Assembly: GCA_040954595.2 (NCBI GenBank)
Contig: CM082579.2
Location: 3,833,227 to 3,897,226 of the forward strand
Source: Balanoglossus misakiensis
Lineage: Eukaryota > Animalia > Hemichordata
Direction of reading: 5' to 3'
DNA length: 64,000 nucleotides
A model generated the notes under the pieces. That model was not told the origin of the DNA. It saw only the letters and a program-made list of their open reading frames with translations, and did not search any database. Below are positions 26,401 through 39,878 of the stretch, piece by piece (the stretch's first letter is position 1; every line of letters begins with the position of its first letter). The translations under genes and the position numbers were made by a program.

Positions 26401-29400
26401 CTGCTGTCCAAGTAAATGTTAAGTATCTAAGTGGAATATATTAATCAAAAACGTGAAATTTCCTTGCCTTCTGCAGCTTCATGAATATCATCCATCATCT
26501 GGCATTTCACCTCCAGAGTTTCTCTAAACTCGTCAATACTGCTGTGGTTGTAGATGTCCCTGTACAAGGCATTGATGTCGATGTTGTTCACCTTACCATT
26601 CGCATAAACATCCCTAAGAGTGGCGGTCTGGGTGAATGTGACATCGCCCTTCATGGTTTGGCTACCAACGATGAAAAGCTGGAAATAAAATTTATGAGGA
26701 GTTATTCACAAAATATGACCTTTTGTGGTCAAAGGGTTCTTTGGCTCCTCACGCAGAGTATTGGCCGAACTGTCAGAAAATCCTATGTTGACATGCAGCA
26801 TCTGAGCCAATACGGCTGCATTTTGTGTATGATAACCATATTTATCAACATGTATTCTACGATTGGCTTCCAGGAAAAGCATTCAGGCACATCAGCTGTG
26901 CTGCTATTGTACAAATACAGAAAAAAATGCTTACCGTGTTGTTTTTGAGGTCTTCAATATGGATACCGTTTATAGTTCCCAAGACGTACAGGTTGCCATC
27001 AAAGTAAACCTCATTGCTGAAGTTTTTGACGCCAGTGATTATCTGCTCTCTGGTTATGGTCAGCAAGTTGTCTTTCGACACCTCTATGCCATCAATATCA
27101 CCAGCAACACTGGGAAGTATGAAAAAAAACCAATGATTATTTTTGTGGTGGTCATATTTCTTATCTTAAATTTCACACCAATTGGAGTAACCCCCTTTCT
27201 AACCATTTCTTTCAAAAAAGAGTATTATAACCTGAAAAGTTTCAACAAATCTTACCTTAGGTTTCCCTGAATCACTATATCACTGAAAGTCTTGCTGTCC
27301 GAGATATTCAACGAATCGTAGACGTGTACAATTTTGGCACTCCAGTCGGACACATCAATGTCATTCACCGTGTAGCCACTTCCCATGTTAAGATTGCCTG
27401 AAACTACCATGTTGGATAGGTTCTTGTGTCCAGTGATAACATTGTCGGCATGTGCCAACATCAAGTTGACAGACAGGGCAATTCCATCAGTCAGTCCAAC
27501 AACTGCCACGTTACCTGTAGGATGCATATGCCAGAGTATGAAAATAATACCAACCAGCATTATACTGAACTCGTCCAACATTAGGCCGGTGAAATATTAG
27601 CGGAATACTTAAGCAATTAAACATGCTTTTCAGTCGGTTGTATTCATGGAAAGATATTTTATAAAATTTTAAGAGTAACTTTCATTTCTACAAACAAAGG
27701 TTCTAATGTTTTTTCACCTATAGAAAGGCCCACAATTCCTCGGACTCGCTCTTTAAATACAGTACGCACCTCTCACTGTGACATCGTCCATAAACACAAC
27801 TTGGCTGTTGATGGTATGAGCCCCATTGACAAGCAACACCGTGGTTGTCCACTCTGTAAAATCTACACCGTTGAGGAAACCCTCCACGTCCACGACGTTG
27901 GCAGTCAAGTTTTTCCTGATGATGACCTCCTCATAGAAGACCTTTGTCCCCGTCACTTCCTGGTCCTGGGTCAAGCTCATGTAGGTGTTGTTGAGAACCG
28001 TTATGTCGACACCATCGATCAGCCCGGTGACGACTGCAGGCTGGAAGGAGAAGGTAATTTTTACATTAAAAGTTATAGATCTTGAAAGGTGGACTGGGCG
28101 CGTGCGTGCAGATTTCTGCTACTTCTAAAATCACAACAACATTCAGAAATCAAACGCCAGGATACCAACCTGCAGAACATCAACATCACTGAAGGTCATG
28201 CTCCCGGTGACTGTCTGGGTGACACCAGCGGTAACTTTCATGGCGTTGTCCGCAAAGTCCTCGACATCAACACCATCGACTACAGCTGTGCCGCCAACAT
28301 ACACGTTGCTTTGGAACTCGACAGTGCCTGTCAAGATAAAATCGAACATTGCATTGCTACATGTATAATGACAACAAACCAAACATTTGGCCAATTAAAT
28401 GACCAGATTATAAGAAACGAACAGAGAAGCAATTGTATGGTTTGTACCTTCAAACGTTTTCGAAACGGTGATATTCTGATCGCCAGAAATTTTCACAGCC
28501 GAGGCGTCCAACAAGTTAATGTCCACACCGTCTATGGTACCATCTATTGTCAGGGATTGCACACTGACATCACCCTGGAATGTCTTCATGCTGCCATCAA
28601 TGACATCCTTTTCAGCACAAGAGAACAAAATAGATATTTTTTAAACATGAGAAGGGGAGGGAGCAATAAGGCACTTTGGGGGGGGGGGGAACTGTACAAC
28701 TCTAGAATTACTGGTATTTGTTTTGAAGGTGTTGCGCTCGATGGGATCAAACTGTACGTGAACAGAGGAATAAGAATCTTAATTACCAGTTGACCAGTTG
28801 TTATAGTATCCTCGGCAATGTCGACACCGTCCACTGTTCCGGAAACGAGAACGTTACCACCAGACACTACATTGCTGAACGTCATGCTCACTGAAACGGC
28901 AGAAAAGTGAAGTTTAGAGGAGAAATGTACCCGACAACCAACTTCAAAAACCAGTAGGCGACTTATCCCGGGACTTTCAAGTTCACAGAGCTATTAATAC
29001 CCAGATGCACTGTAAGTAAGTGAAAGTTTTTGGCCTGAAGTGCTTGTGGAGAATGAGAAAAGAAAATGCTTTATACTTGGAAGTTTAATCAGATGTCGAC
29101 TTCATGAAATGCTGCTAGGTATGAGCAAATAAATTACTTGCCATCGAATGTTGAATCCGTCACCCGCACGGCTTGTTGGTCAAGGGCAAGGACATCAATA
29201 TCATTGATGTTTCCGTGAACTGTAATGTTGCCAGTGGCTTGAACATCATTGTCGAACACAATGACACCGGAGATGTTTTGAGCGGTACCCATGGTTACAA
29301 CTTCGGAGGCAAAAGTATCCACATCTACTCCATCAATGGTGCCTGAAAAAAAATGTATTCCTTTAGTTGCCGTGATCACCATGCATCAGGGTGCAAATGA

Positions 29401-32400
29401 AATACTTCCTCCTAATGTTACATTCTCATACTCCTGTTCGCTAATAAGTAAAAACAGACTGGTCGTTATGTAGGAAAACCAGAGTCCTCACTCACCAGTC
29501 ACATCCAAGGTAGCGACGTTAACAACTGCAGTGAAGGTCTTGTTGCCGCCAATATCCTGTGTGCCATCGATTGTGACGGCGTCCGAGTACAAAGCAGCCA
29601 AATCCACCGTGTTGATTGTACCGTCGACTGTCAAATCGCTCTCCAGGTTTAGCTGGTTCACAAATGTCTTGTGCCCGGTCAATGTTTGTGCACCTGGAAT
29701 TTCAAGAGGCATTATGTGTCAGTAATTGGAAGCTGCCACGATTCTGTAGCCAATTTGTCAATTCTGGCATCTGATCATTAGCAACAGTTGCAGACTACAT
29801 GAACCATTACATTTTGGACCAGGTTGACAACCTTGAGGTAATCCTATGTTTAATTACAAACTGAAACCAGAGCATTACACAATGAAAACTTGCCAGTGAT
29901 TTTCAGGGTGTCCGAATCTAGTGTCGATGCATCCAATCCATTAATGGTGCCATCAATGTTAATGTCAGCATTCACAGTCAAGTCATCGATCTCTACATCA
30001 TCCAAGAAAGTGGTTGCACCATAGATGGTTTGTTCCCCAAACACTGTTACTGCATCCGACAGGGAAATGCCTACAAAACAAGAATTGCAAATGGAATTAA
30101 CACAGTAAAACTTAATATCATGGAGACTTTTTCAAGTTGCTCACAAAATGGAGTTTTATGTGTATATGCGCAACACTTCTATATTAAGGATACGTATTAA
30201 ATGAGTCCTTGGTGGACAGATTTAACTGCCATAATACATAACTATAGTTTACATGCACTTTTTTGTGGAAATGAGGCGCTGTCGCCCTGGATACAATTTA
30301 GAAATATGTTTGGACCTCTAAAGAGGCAACTTGGGGTGAAAGGCATAGAGATGAAAACCCCTCAAGGACATTCAGGCCAAAATTGAAGCAATTCACACAT
30401 AGTTACCGTCAATCAATCCAGTGACATTCAGATCCTGCAGTAGTACGACGCCTCCCGCGAAGGTCATGTACCCGGCAACGGTGACGTCGGTACCAGTGTC
30501 TGCCAACATCCAGGCATTGGCTTTTGTGTCGTACAAGTCGCACCCGTTGACGAGGCCAGAAACCTGAACATTACCGGACGCACCGACATCCGAAGTGAAC
30601 GTCTTGAAACCGTCGATACTTTCCGTCTTCCCTTGAGTTGTAAAGTCGGAGAGGACGCAACCATGTATGAGGTGTTGGTTGTTGGTGATCAAATCGGCCT
30701 CGATCTGTGTACAGGAACAGCGCAAAACTATCATTACCCGAAGAAGACTAAGCTATTCTATTTGAAATCTACACTGACATGCATATTGATAAAAAGTAAT
30801 CTCAAACTGAAAATCTTCACACTCTTACCCTGGTGTCAGCAGAGAACTCGATGTTAGCCAATGTTCGAATGTAACCGTCGCTCAGCTTGACGGTGTTGCC
30901 AGAGAACATGCTGGCATCGATGCCGTTCACACCACCTTGGCTGTCTAGTACACCATTGATGGTGAAGTTGCCACTGAAAGTCTTCGATCCTGAAACAGAG
31001 AAGGAAAACAACGCCTCCATGTTATTTAATGGACTATATGCTGCCTGGATAAGACCCTTTCCCCTCTATGGTTAAGTCCAAAGCCATTGTTTCCCCCACG
31101 TTAAGGTTGGACCACTATAATATAGGGAACTGGGGCTGTTGTGGAGAGCAATTTCTATGCCACCATAACAGCACTGTTATGCACCTAGTGAGTAAATTTA
31201 TGACAAAAATAAAAGTTTGTGAAGATTGGTCGAAATACTGGCCCTACCAGTGATGGTTTGTGTCGAGTGTAGGTCCACCGAATTTGCCGCCATCTCGGAG
31301 ACGTCTACTCCATCAATGAGTGTGCCACTCGTGAAGGTTATTCCCACATCAACAGCTATGCCATTGGTGAAGTTCTTGGTGGCCGATACATTCTGGCTTC
31401 CAGACAAAGTCATCACATCAAGGGAGCCATCTGAAAAAAATAAGCACAGCCTTATGAATAGTTGCGACGACCGAAATTTACAAGAGTTTTAGCAAAATGC
31501 TTAATTCATAAAACCACAACAAATGAACTGGTACTAACCATTGTCTGTGTTGATTCCGTCAATTGCGCCGTCAACTTGCAGTTTGGCAAAAGTTGCATCT
31601 TGGGTGAAGACGACATTGCCAGCAATTGTAGCATTCTGCGAGATGAGCAACACATCATCTGGGATGGAAAGACCATCTACTGTGCCGTCGACCGTAATGC
31701 CAGCAGTTGCAGCCAACGTTGTGAAAGTTGGAGTGCCTGCAGAATGCGACGGTAAAATTGTTAAAAATGCTCCACAAATTTATAAAAATATACCATAGGA
31801 TTTTAAATCATGCAAATCAGATTCTGAATAACTGCTAAAGATTTCATTGTACCACTGTGTATGTTTTTACATGTGAAAGTGCAAATGTCACAAAATTTCG
31901 CAAATATGAATGCGCCATGATCACAGGATTCCTTCAAGATAGTCAAGTTTAGCATAGCCATCGCGAGGGTACAGGTACACAACATCGAGATACTGACCGG
32001 AAATCTGCTGGGCACCAGATTTCTTCAAAACTTCTGTGTCCAGCACATCCACTTGTACTCCATCAATAAGGTGGTTATTCTCAATAGTCAGACTGCCCTC
32101 TACGACTACTGGACCAGTGAATGTCTTCGCACCTGCATTTCAGAAGAGGCTTTTGTCAGCTCATGTAGGACATTTCACTGTCGGTCTACATGTACAGCAT
32201 TATGGTTTACTACAGAATACACGTATGAGCAATGGGTCAAATACAGGTGGTGTCAACTCTAAAACGAACCTGTTATGTTGTGGTCACCACTGAGGGTGAC
32301 CACTTCATCCTTGAAAGCGGACAAGTCCACGCCGTCCACCGTTCCGTCCAGACCAACGAGGTTAAAGGTCAGACCGCCATTGAAAGACAAATCACCAGTG

Positions 32401-35400
32401 ACGACCTGGGCTGTGCCATCGTCATTGGTCAGAAGAACTGAACTCGGCGTCAGGGTTACCCCGTCCACTGTTCCTTGCACATCCAAGGGACCTAGTGGTG
32501 TACAAGTGAAGTGATTTAACAGCTTGTAAAATGTCATTTATCAATATTGTATGAATGACTTGTGATACATTTTTTTTGTTAAATTGCTGGAATTGAGTGG
32601 TCACGGCTGCAAAGTTACAAAATGGCCGACCTACCCGAGAAGGTGACCGCATCTGTGAAGATCTGTTTCGCAGTCAAAGTCTGATCCCCGTCCAACGTCA
32701 CAAAGTTGTCTGGGTCATGACCGTCCAGAAGACCACCGACTACCAAGTTGCCTTGGAAGACGAGACCGTCATCGAATTCCATGTCAGTGTAGATGTCCTG
32801 CAAACAATGAAAGTCGGTGCCATACTGTCAAATTTATAGATAGTTATTTTCTCAAGAAACAGTCAAAATTATGCAGATTATTTGCAACAAACATGGAACT
32901 TAAACCACTGATCTTTTTGTATCCCAGAAAAATACGAGCAGCATTATTACAGGCCACTCTCAGCTTCATCATATGCGAGCATATAAACCCTCAATAAGCA
33001 ATGCCAGAATTAAACGACTTACATGGTTTTGATTCTTGGTGAAGACGTTAGTTGACAGATCGGTGAGATTGATGTGGTCGTTGACAGTTTCACTGTTCAG
33101 CACAGTGAAGGTGGAACCAACTTGGAGATTGGTGACCACGACAGTCTGGAAGGACTTCACACCTGCGTCAAGAGTGGAGGCATAATAAAGACATTACCAC
33201 AAGCAATACCGAAGTTGTTGATAACATCCAGTACTATAATAACAGATGCCAATTTTAGTACATTTCATAATCGATAAATAACTTCAATTATCTCATCACA
33301 AGTCGACAAACAAGAATGCAAGGAACTCGCCTGTTACAGTCTGGTCTTCATTCACTTTGAGGGTATTGTCCAGAATGCCATCAATCTCAGAGATCTTCTG
33401 TTGCAGCGTAGTGATGTTTTGTTTGATTTCATTCAGTGTGTAGACGTCACTGTTATCAAACAGTCCGTTGACACTGCCTTGAACTGAAAGAGGAGAAAAT
33501 GATTTGAGTATAATAATTGACAAATGAAATTAAACTAACAGGCAAGTTGACTTCTATAAGCAATGAAAAGGTAATTATGAAATATTGTAGAATTTTACTG
33601 GATTGTAAAAAAAGCCAACAATATATCTTTTCTCCCAGCCTTCACGACATATGAGAAGATTTGTGTCGTTACATGCGTTGTTTTATTCTTTACCATTTGG
33701 CCCACTGAAATACGCCCCTATATAAAATGGTTCGACCCTTGGGGAAGACAATACATACTTTGGTGAACTAAGGTTTGTTCCAGATTCACATCGTCTGTGA
33801 AGGTTTTATGACCAGTGATGACTTGAGGCTCTGTGCTGGTGATGTAGACCAGGTTGTCCGCTGAGGCGTTCATGCTGTTGTAGTGTGCGATGGCGCTGTC
33901 CAGTCTGTCGTTGGCAGCATTGCACTCCTCGGTCGCGTTCTCTCGCAAATTCTGGACGTCGTAGGCGGCGTTGAACTCGTACTCGAACATGCTGTAGCCG
34001 TTCGGAAGGGTCGGATTGAGGATGAACTGGCAAGACACCCCATTCACGGTTTTGCTTTTGAGAGCGGTTGCCCCGGTGAGAATGTGGTCGTTCGGGGTCA
34101 CGGGAGCCGGGACGAATCGCCAGCCGTCGTATTCGTACAGGCTGACTCCACTGGCGTCGAGAAGGGCCAAGACGAACTCCCCGTTGGGTCCGCTGTAAGC
34201 CACCCACTTCTTGGCGCCGATGGTCGGTATGCACTGGAACGGCACAAACTGGCCATGGCTGTACTTGTAGATGACAGAGTTGACGGTGCTGGGAGTTTCT
34301 GTCTGAAGTTCCCCGATGCGTACTGAACAGAGGGAAAGACATGCTTAGAGTGAACATTGGTTGTGATCAGACAACTTACTCGGTGTGTGACTAGACAGAA
34401 ATATTGGAAAAGGGTCAATATGCTAAGAAATGATAACTTTAGCAGCTAGTGAAAGGCTGGTGTGATTGTTCCACAACTTGCAAAAAAAAAGTGAGCTTGG
34501 GACTTACGAGTGGTTGGACCGTTAGCTACAGCCAGAAAATGCTCCTTCCTGTGTCCACTGCCGAAGGTGAAAGCTTCCCAGTCTACAGCGCCCTCGGTGG
34601 GGATGTACTGGTGAGGGAGAAATAACCTCTCGTGTTGGTCGTATTCCAGGATGACTGAATCCGTGCTCACTTCTCCATCACTGTTCATGTAGTTGGCCAC
34701 GGCAAGGTAGAGCCGGTTGTGGAAGTAGAACGGTTTCACGTTGTGCGCGGCGGACGTCTCAAAGTCGGCAAACTCGTCAAAGTACGCACCTGCAGAGAGT
34801 GAAACGAAAGCAAGAGTATCCATCAGTTCAGGTGAATGGTAAATGTACCACAGCAGCAATGCCCTGGTGATCAAAAAATGGCACACTCTTAATCCTACCA
34901 CATCACAAATTAAAACACAGTATTTGGGGGGGGGACTCGTATATATCTCACCTTCCCAGCAATAAACAGACGACCTAGTTTCCACGATCAAATCCTCGGC
35001 AATTTCCCTGAAGGCCTCAGCGATGGCTATGCAGGTTTTTCCCAGGTGATAATGATGAAACGTTTCCAAGGTGGTACCGCCAGGCGTGTACAGCCTTTGT
35101 ATCTCTGAAGTGGGTGGACTGCTGTTCGGGTCAAACTTCAAGACTTTGGTGTAGGCTGGAACGCCATCTTTAAGTACAAAAAAACACTGACATTAATTAC
35201 CCGTTAAGGATTGTGGGCAATACCGGAGTTCGTGGCATGAGAAATCTACCGTAAAAGGAATACTTAATGTCAAGTTCAAGCATTGCAAAATGCAATTACA
35301 AGCTCTGAATTCACTGACCTGTCTCTGCTGTTGAATCCCTGAGGACAACAATGTAGGCAAAACTCCCTTGGTGCACCACTGCATAGTCAGTTGTATCAGG

Positions 35401-38400
35401 AGTCTGTAGCGTCTCCAAAATTGTGTAATCACCATTACTTGCATTCTAAAATTAAAAAGGAAAAAAAATAATTAAAACCCAGATGGTAATATACAGATCA
35501 AGATATGTGATTGCAGGTAATGTAGTGATTTTTCAGTTTTATTTTTGCATGTGCACTGTGTGAATTAAACACTGAAATTAACCGGCCAGGTGGCATGTGC
35601 TGGTTTGCTGTAATTAATTGATTAGTTGGCGATGTGTTGTGGAGGCTAATTATTCAAGGCTGCCACTTATTCAAGACAATTAGCCAAGCAAAAAAAATCA
35701 ACCACAAAACTATGTTCAGCTATTTTCACTGTAGTCTTGAGTAATTCTCCTCGTGGGGAAAAAAACAAACACAGACATATACCTCCAAAAAAGTACTTTT
35801 CTTGCACAAGTGTTGTAAAAGATCATGAACATACAAACAGCCACTTTTCTTACCGAGTAAATAACATACTTACCACATGATAAAATGTAGTAGCTTTGCC
35901 ACCAGCAGTTTCAAGGCCAACTATTCCGTATATCTCACCACCAAGCCCAAAGGAGAAAAGATCAAATGCCTCTGAGGCATTGGCCACATTAGAGAAGCTA
36001 ATAGCAAGGTCAGTCACCCTGTAGCTCACTGAAAAAAGGAAAAAACAATTACTGATTAATTGGTTTCTAGAGGGGGTGGAGGATTTGCGATCGTGTTCAA
36101 GACAATAGTGTTCCGTTCGTGGAAAACGCCAAACTGCTTTAAGCTTTTACGAGTGTAATCAAAGGGTACTTGCACGGTTTTGAAAAACTTGCCTATATAC
36201 TTACACGTACACGTGCTCGAGCGTAAAATGTAAACAAACGAGGCCCTTTAACTTGCAGTAAATTTGAGAATATTTGAGTATAAAAGATACAGACACTCGA
36301 AAACCACCGAAACTAAGATTTCTATGACACAAAATGTGTTAGCCTTCCCACAACGTCGGCCAAGGTGTTTGACTTTATTAAACGGCGATGGCATTTGAAG
36401 CACACAGCAACAAGGTCATACAATTTATTTTTACGACGCTAGGGGGTATATTAAACATGGCTGCGCCCTTATGAAAAGCAACGCGTCGAAGCTCGCCCGC
36501 AAAACGAGTCGAGTTTAAGTCCTCGAGAGACTGTCGATGAAGAATAGCGTATACATTGTAAACCAATTTGTTCATAGAACTCTGCAGGAAAATGGGAGAC
36601 TCGCAGCCCCTCGACGCGTCCCTCCTTGAACTGCAGTTGTCAGAAATCGAAATGCTGCAGAGTATGTTTCCACAAGAGGGAGAATTTGAACTGGACGACC
36701 CAATCGTATTGGTAGACGTTAGAAACTATGTCGATGGGAAAACTGACGAAGTCCCTCTTCAAATTTCCTTTGCTTTGAAGATTTCCGCAGGAGGCACCGA
36801 CAGTGGAAAGGTATTTGTATTGTAATGTAGAAAAATCGAATGAAAATTAGTGAAATGGGGTAATCCCACTTCAAGTTCAAAGAGCTTTGATGTTGAAAAC
36901 ATGGGATCTCCCGAGTGATGTACTGAACCTTTAAATTTGCTTGTGGACTAAAATCGATTTTGTGGATTCTTCCCTCCGCCATCAAGAGTAAATCATATCA
37001 TTTACATTTCAGGAAGAGTTTCAATTGATCTGTAGTTTTCCGCACCAGTATCCGCAGACAGAACCGGAAGTGTTTGTCAGGTGCCAGCTGCTGTCTCGCC
37101 AACAGCAGAGACAGATCAACGACGACTTGTCGAAGTTCATATCCAGTCTGGACAGGGGCGACATTTGCATCGGCGAGGCGGTGCAGTGGGTGCAAGACAA
37201 CGGAGAGACGTACACATCTGCTGCTGCAAGGTCAGAGACCGACGGAGTCGCGGAGGATGCGGCCGCCGCTGACAAGAAGACGGACGTCAAGTACGAAACT
37301 TTCACCCGTTTGTGGATTCACAGCCACCACATCCGCAGCAAGTTCAAGCGGCGGGACATGCTGGACATGGGCGGCGATATGGGACTGACCGGCTTCTGTC
37401 TCCCCGGCAAACCGGGAATAGTTTGCATCGAGGGCTACAAGGAGATCTGCGAAGACTTCTGGCACACGGTCAGGCGTTGGACGTGGAAGAAAATCAGCTG
37501 CAAGCACCGGGAGGACTTCCCATTAGAGTGTGAAGGAGAGCTGAAAACATTGGACGACTACAGACACTTCGATAGCTTTAAGGAGATTGCCTTCGATGCC
37601 CATGGCTTTCATGGACGGGATTACCACATGGACTTGGGCAAGTTTTATCAGTATTTGGAGGAACGCAAGTGTGGATACGTGTTCAAGATCCTACTAGGTG
37701 TGGATGGAAAAGTTGCATCTTCCTAAGACCAATCTTGACGGGAAAAATCAGGGATAATTGGAAATTTCTACAACCTTTCTCTTGGTCTGCTCATCAGATC
37801 ATATGTATTGTTTGGTCAGCAAGAGACTAGAACACTGAAATTTTAATTTATGAAAATAAATGATTTCAACCCATACAAAGTTTCTTCAGTTTCGTTCATT
37901 TTAACATTACCTGTTGGAACATCGTGAAGAGTCTCTGGCAGATGTCGCTTGTTCCTGCTGTGGACATCATCGTCAACCTCCTCCTCATCCTCGGCCTCAA
38001 TACGGTAGGCATGCCTGAACGATTTCAGCTTCTTTAGGGCAACTTCATCCACAGATTTTCGGAACCTTGCCAGGATAGCGTCCATATCTGACGAGAGAAA
38101 AAAAGTTGCTGTTGGTCTCGGGGAATTTCACGATTTTTGATATTGTGACAATGAGTGTGATAACTTATTTGCGAACTTATTTGCACATGGCAATAGCAAC
38201 GTGCAGCGTGGAAAGACAAATCAGCCAGATGCCTAAAGCAGAGTTATGGATGGAGGCGTTCGGTCCTGGTGGACAATAATCACGACACCGCCGTGTAAAC
38301 CCTCCTGATTCTGCGCCCTTGGCTTATCCGAGCTTCGACGTTTTTCCGAATAAGAAACAAAAATGATCGAGAAAAAGAAATTGTTTCGGAAACTCACCCA

Positions 38401-38548
38401 CGCCAGTTCTGTCGATTTTCCCGCCGTTGGTATCGCTGATGAAGGTCAAGGCCGAATCCACGATTCCTTGGAAATCGAAACTGAAAGCGCTGGTACTTGT
38501 AAAAAACGAGAGGGCCAACACGGTCGCCACCAAACGCATCCAAACCAT
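23421..38548 (-). CDS. Large secreted EAR/EPTP-repeat protein with a central array of fibre-like beta repeats (TSPEAR/closca-like), 33 exons, ~2157 aa
   Basis: Hand-assembled exons (minus strand): 38548-38398, 38087-37911, 36028-35874, 35445-35319, 35167-34952, 34789-34508, 34322-33759, 33483-33331, 33162-33023, 32797-32635, 32491-32270, 32132-31998, 31736-31539, 31430-31248, 30989-30829, 30704-30407, 30070-29894, 29693-29496, 29342-29142, 28890-28787, 28607-28448, 28327-28170, 28040-27770, 27514-27256, 27109-26935, 26678-26468, 26210-26014, 25835-25703, 25336-25056, 24858-24605, 24249-24062, 23891-23745, 23455-23421. Junctions are phase-compatible and the total of 6474 nt is divisible by 3. 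Signal peptide MVWMRLVATVLALSFFTSTSA; RNKR furin-type site; EAR-like motifs (FLPHQYIPTEGAVDWEAF...HFLAVAN, LYLAVANY..DSVILEY). Confidence 0.85.
36592..37726 (+). CDS. RWDD2: RWD domain-containing protein 2 (RWD + DUF1115), nested in intron 2 of the large minus-strand gene
   Basis: Exons 36592-36810 (LQLSEIEMLQSMFP) and 37013-37726 (FPHQYPQTEP; RLWIHSHHI...LTGFCLPGKPGIVCIEG...FW..VRRWTWKKI; HMDLGKFYQYL), phase-0 GT-AG intron; AATAAA at 37855. Confidence 0.92.
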
Positions 38549-39878
38549 CTTGAACACGTCGTCGGCACCAAAACGAAAAGCTAGAACTGAAGAGTAACGA
38601 AAAATCATTATTGGCAGGCGAATAGAAACAAGCTTGGAATCGTGGTAATTTTTCACTTTCTAAAGACGGTTCTCCAATTCCGAAACCGGCTTGGAACAAG
38701 AAGCCCACGTGTTACAACACAGGCGTGTCCAGCCGAGGTTCGATTGGCTAAATTTTTGCTCGTTGTTTAGGATACTCGTGTAAAATTATAGGGACGGCGA
38801 GGTCACTCAATTCAGGTCTTCCGACGGTTTCAATAAACCTAGCCAATGGAACTTATTCGCCAAAGGCACACGAACTGTAAAGCACGCGTCCACGCTATAG
38901 CATTGATTTTCATTTCGGCCTTCAACTTTCGCTTCACAGACACTCGGGTTCGCAATGGCGTGTTGGTATCAACCCTAAACTACGTGGCAGGACAACAGCG
39001 TAAAGTGAACTTACCTCAAATAGCTTCTATAATACGGAAATGTGCAAACCCGGCACAAAAAATAAAAACCACAAGCCAAGCGTCAATTTCTGGCCGAACT
39101 CAGTCCCCTCAGGAGTCGCACTGCGGGAATCCGGGCTCCGCCGACGTTTTATATGGGCGACTCGCCCAATCAGCCGCCGGCGTTGCCCCGTGGCGTCGCC
39201 GTTATATTCAAATCACACAGGTGTTCTGGAGGAGATGACACTCGTTCAGAACTAGGATCATCATGTACTGCCCCCATAACCTGCCTGGCCTGATGGAGGC
39301 GTTTGTAGATTTGAAGGGCGCCACCACATGCCGAATGATAGGTTGCTCGAGTATTTGACTATTTACAGAACAATCACTTTATTTGTAAAACAAAACAATT
39401 AATGACAGTTAAAGTATTTATACGACACCTAGGAACTTTTCAACCAGCGTCGTGGCGGACTGATGAAATCGCGATCGGTTCGAGAAGAACCTCGCCATTT
39501 TGTTTGACGTGCGAATGAAAAGCAAATGGTAATAGTTCGCGTTGCTCGCATATTGTCCATTGGTACATGTATCATCTTCGCGTTTTCTTCCGAACCACGC
39601 CAGTAAAGTTGGACCTGGGATAATTTAATTGCATTACATGCTCTCTCAGAGATTGGTCTCGAAAGATATCGGCACAAACTCTCCGTCTTCGTACGGGAAG
39701 TCATGATCCTCAACATCGTGAACATGTCCGTGGACTAAAAATGGGAAGAAAACCGAAGGATAAGGCTGATCAGTATAGTATTGAAACGGAGTATTAAAGT
39801 CTGATAACAGCGCGATAGCTCAGACAATCAGTTAAAAGAAATGACAATACTCTCAGTTTTACCAAGTGTACATTCTTA

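Noticed and set aside
26468-33830. Prophage or recent horizontal insertion suggested by tail-fibre-like repeats
   Set aside because: The repeats are split by ~19 spliceosomal introns and lie in frame with animal EAR domains; no other phage genes are present.
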